A stretch of DNA of 64,000 nucleotides from Styela clava (Eukaryota), in contig NC_135256.1 of assembly GCF_964204865.1 (NCBI RefSeq), positions 9,238,001 through 9,302,000 on the forward strand, written 5' to 3'. Made by a program: the position numbers and the translations under genes. The notes under the pieces are model-generated. The model was not told the DNA's origin. It ran no database searches and saw only the letters and a list, made by a program, of their open reading frames with translations. Position 1 is the first letter of the stretch. Each line of letters starts with the position of its first letter. This document shows, piece after piece, positions 56,966 to 64,000 of the stretch.

Positions 56966-57199
56966 AGAAAATTAAGCATTGAAATGGTCAATCTCAATAT
57001 CAACCTAGTATCTGCAGATAAAACCAATTGTTTTTTAAAAATACATTTTTGATGTGCTTTATTTTTCAAATATATTTTACAATTACTGTAAAGTGTGTGA
57101 TACATTTGGTACCATGAATACTATTTGCAAATTAGCTTGGGTTACACCCCTCTCAAATAAAAGTTTAGACTCTTAAGTCATATCTCATAATATTCTTTA

Positions 57200-57603
57200 A
57201 ACAGAATGTTGCGGCTAGCTGGCTACCCATCAGAATTTTCTTTTAGATCACAAAGTCACAATATTACGCCTCGCTAAGTTGCATTAGCAACTGTATCTGG
57301 TTGTAGTATCGGTGTCCAACTTTAGACTGAAACCTTTACTACCAGATCCATCGAAACAATTTTTTTTCTTGATAGGGTCGTCTTGAAATTGCTTTCCTTA
57401 AAGCACAATGGACATTATATCTCCACCAATCCACAGTAATCACAAGTTACTTTGTCATTACGATAAGCATCAATAAATGGATACTGAGGATGTATTATCA
57501 AGTCACGCAAGCTGAGGTCTTGTTGCAACCTATACTTTGCCATCCATCTATTCCATGGTCGCACCCATATCTGTAAGATAATGGATACAGATAGAGTTTT
57601 CAT
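57200..57603 (-). pseudogene. Decayed YqaJ/lambda-exonuclease-like gene
   Basis: LIIHPQYPFIDA..VTCDYCGLVEI*CP (cf. GASPDG..C.CCG..EIKCP) and HRYYNQIQLLM..YCDFVI. Confidence 0.82.
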
Positions 57604-57639
57604 AGAATCTAACGATCAAAGAGTGTGAAATTTATGGGC

Positions 57640-57825
57640 CAGCTATTTGTTTTCAGAAGCATGGACTGGGATTATGGGGAATGGTCGTAACCGATCAGCG
57701 GTCATGTGAACCACCCTCGGTTGGAGTAGAGCTGCAATCCTCTCGCACATAACTATCCCCGCATGGGATTGAAACCTGTGAAACTACCAGGGTGATCAGA
57801 GATCCGGTGGCGAGCGTATTCCTAG
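57640..57825 (-). mobile_element. SINE fragment within the right arm of the ISL2EU element
   Basis: Inverted counterpart of 55852-56050 with the same 5' junction (CCATCTA.GAATACG). Confidence 0.75.
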
Positions 57826-58115
57826 ATGGCGAATTCAATTGAATTCTGGTTATTTTTTCCAGGCCCCATGGTGTTAAATTTTAGTTATCTATTCAACCTT
57901 CCACACTTAGTAATAGATTACCTGCTAATTAAGGAAACAATACCTTATAGCAATTGATTATCAATTCCTTACTGTCTTACACAAGTCAAGTCTGCAACTG
58001 CAAGTAGGCCTAGGCCTACTAATAACAGTAGTTTGTCATCTGCTTTCCATTGAAATGAGGGAGCTTGTGAATATTTAAAGAAATTGATAACGGCACACTA
58101 TCACCAACCACATTA

Positions 58116-58322
58116 TCACTCACCATCAACGAAGTGCTGACCGCAAACAGTGAAACACAAGTGAGATGGCTTCTGGACTTCAAGCAGTTCTGCCAATAGG
58201 CAATAGATCATATCCACATTGCGCGACGTTCCGGATCTTTTGAAATCAGTGGAATAAAACTTAAGATCCATTTCGTTGTCTATACTATACGTACAGCCAA
58301 CGGAACAATACGAAATAACCAT
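58116..58322 (-). pseudogene. THAP zinc-finger domain remnant inside the right TIR
   Basis: MVISYCSVGCT..LKFY / KDPERRAMWI (shifted frame) / VCGQHFVDG. Confidence 0.75.
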
Positions 58323-59826
58323 TTTCAACAGCCAAACAAAACGGAAACGTATAATCCGACTTGCAACTGACAGGAGCCAAATGGACGTTTTTGATTTATT
58401 GCCGTCCAGTAACAAAGTCACGTGACCCGTGTAAGTCCTCTATAAAGCCTTCAGTTATTTTAAAATTGCCTCCCGAGAAATATCGTGGTATTTTGGTATC
58501 TTTTCTCGTGTGTGGTTTTGTAATGTCGCTCAAAATTATATTCTTTCGTGACAGATATTACTTGAAAACACACCAGACACTGAGGTTTAACGTTGTTGTG
58601 CCTAGTTTACATCTCTCACCTTTTTTCTACACTCATTATATGATGAATTGTTATATTTGAAAAAAAATTATTACTTGTAGCGTGAGCAGGCCTAGTGCTA
58701 CCGTCAAATAAACAACCAAGTCCGTCTAAGTTGGGACCTCGGACCCCAAAAAAAAAATTAAAAAAACTGGACCGCGCGGCACTAAGTCAACTCTGCGTTT
58801 CGTCACTGCTGTCACGTGGCCAAAGCTTGAAAATAGACAAAAGGTCTCTTCAAATGAGGAGTTACTTGACGCGAGCTCATTTAATCTGCTTGGTCCTGTC
58901 TGCACAAGACAATTCATTCACCTTTTACCGATCACAGGACGTCATTCGCATATAGGCATCGTCTTGTCTTGACCGTCACCGTGATTTTAACAAACTTTAA
59001 TCCGACATCGGGTTTAGAAAATGGACTATAGAAAAAGGCGAATAGAATACAGCACACACACACATATATATATATAAATAAAAAAGAAAGTAGAAAGAGA
59101 GAATTAGAGTAAAAACATATGAAACGTTTACAGAAAAACTAAATCACCAATTGCTGTCAATGATTTCATTGTAAACAAGGGAACTTGCAGATATAGAAAT
59201 AAACTTACATATATATAAATAATATATACTATTTCTTATATCACTGTCCAAAAATAATCCATTTCCCTCAAATATATATCTGCTGTTTTAATTCCGCCGT
59301 TGCTTATACCTACGGCTTAGTCAAAAATCGGTCTGATAATTTAAGCTTAAATTGTTTACAGCAAACAGATATTTAGAAAATCAACAACAGTTCTTTAAAT
59401 AACAAATAGTCGACTGTAGGTAAGAACTTCATCGACAATCCGGACGACCGCATTACTACCAAGAATAGCTAAAATGCGCTCGAATCTGGATCATATGTTC
59501 ATATTAATGGCATGAAGTAAGTAACAGATATTTATGTATAACATTCACTAAAGCACGAGGTGCTGGATCTAGGTCAGTTGGTGAATATTATATATATATT
59601 TATGTAACGTTCAGCTTTGGCAACTGGGTCGTGGTGATCGTTGTGTTACGAGTACCATTTTCCAGGATATGTGGCAGCATGAAATAAGAGTAAATGTTCT
59701 CACAGATCTTTACAAGTCTTCCCATTGCATTATAATTTCAGTGTACCTACGTTAACATTGGTGGTGAAATGCGATAATCGCACTACTATAAATTCAGTCT
59801 TAATATTTGAATTTGATGTATCGCTC

Positions 59827-61093
59827 TCATTTAATTGGATAAGGAGCATACTGTCCTTGAGTGGCTGCAACATATGAGGGTGGAGCAGCACTTGGAACTG
59901 GCATAAATTGTGTTTCTTGATATGCGCTCGGTGGATACATAGGTTGATTAGTCGGGTAGGGCTGTGGCATTTGCAAAGGCGGTAAACCTTGGTGACCTGA
60001 AAAATTCAAATATGAAATGCGAAACGAAATCTACGCAAGTGATATGCCAGCCGAATGAAAGCATATTTATATGAGGATATTTATGTAATAATAATATGGA
60101 ATTAACGAAGAAGATTCGGCTTAATTTCGTTGCTGTTATTCAGTCTCATTCCGTTACCAAAATTATATAAAACTTCACACTTTTCTCAATTTCTCACTCT
60201 CGAGCAAAACAAATATGATCTTGCTGCGGCAAAACTTTGTGAAGTAGTTCTATTTAAAACCGACACACAAATTGTTGAGATTAGCTCTTTTGCTTAGCTT
60301 CGCATGCATATATTCATAAACAAACGTACCTGGCTGAATGGTAGGTACCGGTTGCGTCACTATGACACGTCCAGAAGATGCTTGACGTTGACCTCGTTTA
60401 CTCCGGTAGCAACAGTACCAGCATACGACAACACATACTAGCATAAAGAATATGTTTCCTACAATAGTACCAATGATTGATCCTGCTCTAAAAACAAATA
60501 TTCATTATTCATAGAAAAATGCTTCATGTTGTTCATCCACACGTAGTTACATATTATATTATTGTGATCTTAAAAGCTGAATTTATTATAAATAACTAAA
60601 AGATTATGTTATAACTTTATGACCCAGCATTCCAATGTTAAAAAATCGTAAAAATGTAAGCAAAATTGCACAAGTTCTGTTTTAAAACTTACCCCCAACG
60701 GTTGTAAGTGTACGAAAAATCATTTCTGTATCGTGTATATGAACAACAATATCCATCACGACAACAGTATGTACTTGAGCTAAATGGATTTCGACTCCTA
60801 CATGATGAATTAGTACAGAAACCTGCGCACGGAAAAATATAGGCTAATTACGCGTTGATATCTGTATCGATATCCAAAAGCCTGTTAATGAAACAGCAGT
60901 CAGATGTAGCCTTCTGCACTTGTCGTGGCGAAGTATTCGCACTGTTATTGAACCACATCTAGTAATACGCCTATTTATTATTTTGTCAAATATATTAAAA
61001 TAGATAAATATAATATTAAATATCACCTGATATTTGTCTGAACATATTCGTCAGCATAACTACAAATAAAATCCAAATCGTACGTTGATTCAT
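59827..61093 (-). CDS. CYYR1/Shisa-like single-pass membrane protein, 4 exons: 61093-61027, 60822-60693, 60487-60330, 59996-59827
   Basis: Signal peptide MNQRTIWILFVVML; 6-Cys ectodomain (FC..C..YCC...YCC); TM with juxtamembrane CWYCC; Pro/Tyr/Gln-rich tail with PPSY motif; splice phases consistent. Confidence 0.75.
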
Positions 61094-62139
61094 TTTTTCG
61101 TCTTTAAATGGGGTAAACGGGGAAGTTGATGCTTTGAATGTGGGGATTAAAATAAACTTTTAAGCGGTATATCTAGTCGAATGAAAAAGGACAAATAGAA
61201 TAGAAATAACATCTAATATATAATTACGATAATAAGCTAATTACGATATAGAATATCATTTTTCCATTGTCTGAATATATATAAATGTACCATATAGTTA
61301 CAGTAAGACGCCTCGTTTTGAGCACAAAAGACTAAAAATAAACATCTGCAATTTTGCTATCATCATCAATCGCCTTAGCGGACACATCTCCGAGTATACC
61401 GTATATATCAAATAATCGGGATAAACATCCAACCACACGAACAGAAGTCGAAGCTTCGGTAGAGCAAATCATTCCCATATAGATAAATTACTACTACATT
61501 TATAACGTAAGGCGGCAGTTTTTATTCTTGTTCTGTTACATAACTACGCATTATCTGCAACATAGTATATATGCAGCGATGTGAATTCATCAGGGAACCG
61601 TCCTGATTCGATGGTCACGTGATTTCGTTTCAGCTATTGATTATGTGTCTCGTGACGCAGTTGGGCGGTGGCATGTGAATTATTGAACATATACATGTAT
61701 GGCAGCGAAATGCATGACCAAGCTGTTCATTAATCTAATTTGCTTTGACGTTTTGATATCCACTATCTCGTATCTGCAAAATGGTCGTACGCGGGATGAA
61801 ATAAAAATTCTTGTTTGCGCGAGAAGTACTTCGGATTGTAAATCAAGGACATAAACAGGAGTCTACAATATTCTCTAAATTACCCGTGGTATCTTTTGTA
61901 TCTCTTAATATTACATTTTTTTCAAACTGCTTTCCAGTAGCCTAATCTTCAATTGTTCGTTCTTACAAATTCAATAGCGTCTGCTCCGCATTTTTCTTTC
62001 AATTGTTCGCTGCTTGGCGAGGGACAGCTTATTTTTGAATCGCGTTGTTCGCTTCGCTGTGAGGACGTTGTAACGTCATAGGCATAGCTTATAAATTGGA
62101 CTCGAATAGGCCTATAAGCTTCGCAACGCAAAGAGAACC

Positions 62140-62267
62140 AGATCAAACTAAATTAAAAATTAATTTAGCTTGCCGCACACCATTCAAAATTGGCACTTCT
62201 CCGCGGGCCGCACAATTTGTCCTCGTGAGCCGCATTTGGCTCGCGGGCCGCACTTTGCACACCCCTG
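62140..62267. mobile_element. Right end of a hAT MITE (same family as 26951-27956)
   Basis: CACACCATTCAAAATTGGCACTTCTCCGCG...TTTGCACACCCCTG shared with 27905-27956. Confidence 0.65.
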
Positions 62268-62910
62268 GTATAGGGCAAAGTGTCTATAAGTGTGTTATAG
62301 TCACTTTGGTATAGGGTTGTATCGGACGTGTCCAGATTATGAACGTGTGGGAATTTTTTCAACTGTTTTAATGGTGCAGGCACGACTGTCGTCAATGGAA
62401 ACCGTCTCAGGGCTGCTGTCAAATCATTGATAATGGTCAAATGCAGTTCTGTGTAGCGCAGACGGGATTTCCTACACATAATGCAGTTTTGGTGTCAAAA
62501 CATTACCAAGAGACAGAACTGCAGTTGCCGTGATATCGTTAACATTGCATAATGAGGTGCATATATATGTATAAATGACAATATAAAAGTTACGGTGTAG
62601 GAAATGATAGTTAAAGTCTGTTGAAATGTTTCGAATTGTATGTTACCTGTATCGGACTCGGTCTGTCTGTCTGTGTAAATTGTTGTCTTCTTTTAAAATA
62701 TTTCTTGGTGTCATAGTTAATGATTGATTTTTGAGTGTGAGAGAGTAATAATTTAAAAAAAGTGAGACCTCAAGACAGAAATTACATGAATACCATTTGA
62801 ACACATTGCAAAGTTTCAGACTTGTTGAAAAATAACGAACCTTCTGTATTGTTTAATTTGGACTGCATGCTTGATATAGTCTCTATTTAAATACTTGAAT
62901 TCAAAGAAAA

Positions 62911-63741
62911 ATGGATACAAACGATATTCCAGATTTGGATGATATGAGTGATCTTGTACAAAATATCAAATTAAACAAACAAAAGACTTATCAACACCCG
63001 ACATCTCAAAAAGGTGATCACACTGAACAGCAAAAAGTAGTAGAAAATGCAGCGAACTGTAAAAAAGTTCCGCCCATAAAGTTGCCCTCGCAATTTGGTG
63101 GTATGAAGAAAGGATTTCTTTTTGGCGGAAATAGGGGTACGAAAGCAACACACAAACCTAATTCTGCAAAATCAAAATTGAAAGATCAAGAAACTGACAT
63201 TATTGTTCCAAAACATCCAAGTGAAACTCAAAAAAATCCACTTGTTCTAGATGATGTTCAGGAAGCTATGAAAGAAAGTGGAATTACAGATAAATCATGG
63301 GTGACTACCGATTTACTAAAACAGGTTGAATCGAATGAAAGACTTTCTAATCAGCTTTCGGACCCAAATATTTCAAAAGCAATATCATGGATGCAAAGAG
63401 ATCCAAAAGGTGCTATGGAGTATTATAAAAATGATGTTGAAGTTCAGAATTTTTTTAAAGAATTTTATGGAATTTTGGGTAATCATTTTACTAATATTGG
63501 TGCAGAGCAAGAAGAGAAAACTAGTAATGTCAATTCAGAAGACGAAGCCGCCATGAGTGATATCCTTGCGAATCCTGAAATCAGGGAAATACTTTCTAAG
63601 CCTGATATACAAAAATTGATAGAACTTGTTCGAAATAATCCAGACGAAGCACAAAAGCATCTTAATGCTGGTAATCCTGCCTTCAGGGCAGATGTAAATA
63701 AATTAGTGTCTGCTGGTATTCTGGGTTTCCAGCCACAGTAA
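62911..63741 (+). CDS. Uncharacterised STI1/DP-repeat co-chaperone-like protein, intronless, 276 aa
   Basis: Two DP/STI1-like helical repeats (LSDPNISKAISWMQRDPKGAMEYYKND.EVQ; ILANPEIREILSKPDIQKLIELVRNNP..KLVSAGIL); N-terminal FGGMKKGFL motif. Confidence 0.75.
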   Translation: MDTNDIPDLDDMSDLVQNIKLNKQKTYQHPTSQKGDHTEQQKVVENAANCKKVPPIKLPSQFGGMKKGFLFGGNRGTKATHKPNSAKSKLKDQETDIIVPKHPSETQKNPLVLDDVQEAMKESGITDKSWVTTDLLKQVESNERLSNQLSDPNISKAISWMQRDPKGAMEYYKNDVEVQNFFKEFYGILGNHFTNIGAEQEEKTSNVNSEDEAAMSDILANPEIREILSKPDIQKLIELVRNNPDEAQKHLNAGNPAFRADVNKLVSAGILGFQPQ

Positions 63742-64000
63742 CATCCTGAAGTGGAGTGTTGTTAATCAATCATACAATATTAAGGCTGTACCAGCCCCTG
63801 GTGGAAGTATTCTATTGGCCAGTGCTAAAGATGAGCTATGAATCCTTGGAGAATAACTGAAGAAAATTATATATGAAAACACCAGACATATCCAGTGTAG
63901 ATATATATTTGTTACAAGAATTTTGGAGTGTTCGAAATTACCATATTTACTATATTATAAACCCCAACAGTGATCCTCAAAATGTCCTTGTCCACTTCCA

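Larger units (their letters stand above)
55414..58441. mobile_element. ISL2EU-type (PIF/Harbinger-related) transposon with long coding TIRs
   Basis: Ends AGAGGACTT...AAGTCCTCT flanked by AT; inverted arms ~55414-56045 and ~57635-58441; convergent DDE transposase and YqaJ exonuclease remnants between them. Confidence 0.85.

Overview
AT-rich animal genomic DNA, not prokaryotic. The compact genes with short GT-AG introns, chordate-like proteins and tightly packed same-strand gene runs suggest an ascidian/tunicate, but this is inference. Host genes rebuilt by hand: RPA12/ZNRD1, spermidine synthase (7 exons), NDUFB5 (5 exons), UBXN10 (minus), intronless ERGIC3, TMEM26 (6 exons), IMP3, cation-dependent M6PR (5 exons), AURKAIP1/mS38 (minus), a CYYR1/Shisa-like gene (minus) and an intronless STI1/DP-domain protein. 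A large part of the window is transposon-derived. Three elements stand out. (1) An 8.5-kb foldback element (4207-12711, 8-bp TSD) with satellite-like 172/191-bp arrays in both arms. (2) A 6.4-kb foldback Mutator/NOF-like element (45401-51830, 9-bp TSD) encoding a broken DDE transposase-Ulp1 protease-PHD fusion whose reading frame runs into its own 186-bp tandem repeat. (3) A 3-kb ISL2EU-type element (55414-58441) with convergent transposase and YqaJ exonuclease remnants, in which both terminal inverted repeats encode a THAP domain. Also present: several hAT MITEs with 8-bp TSDs, a tRNA-derived SINE family, a Helentron/HINE-like element and four copies of a ~80-105-bp hairpin repeat. All family assignments come from motif recognition by eye; no database search was run.
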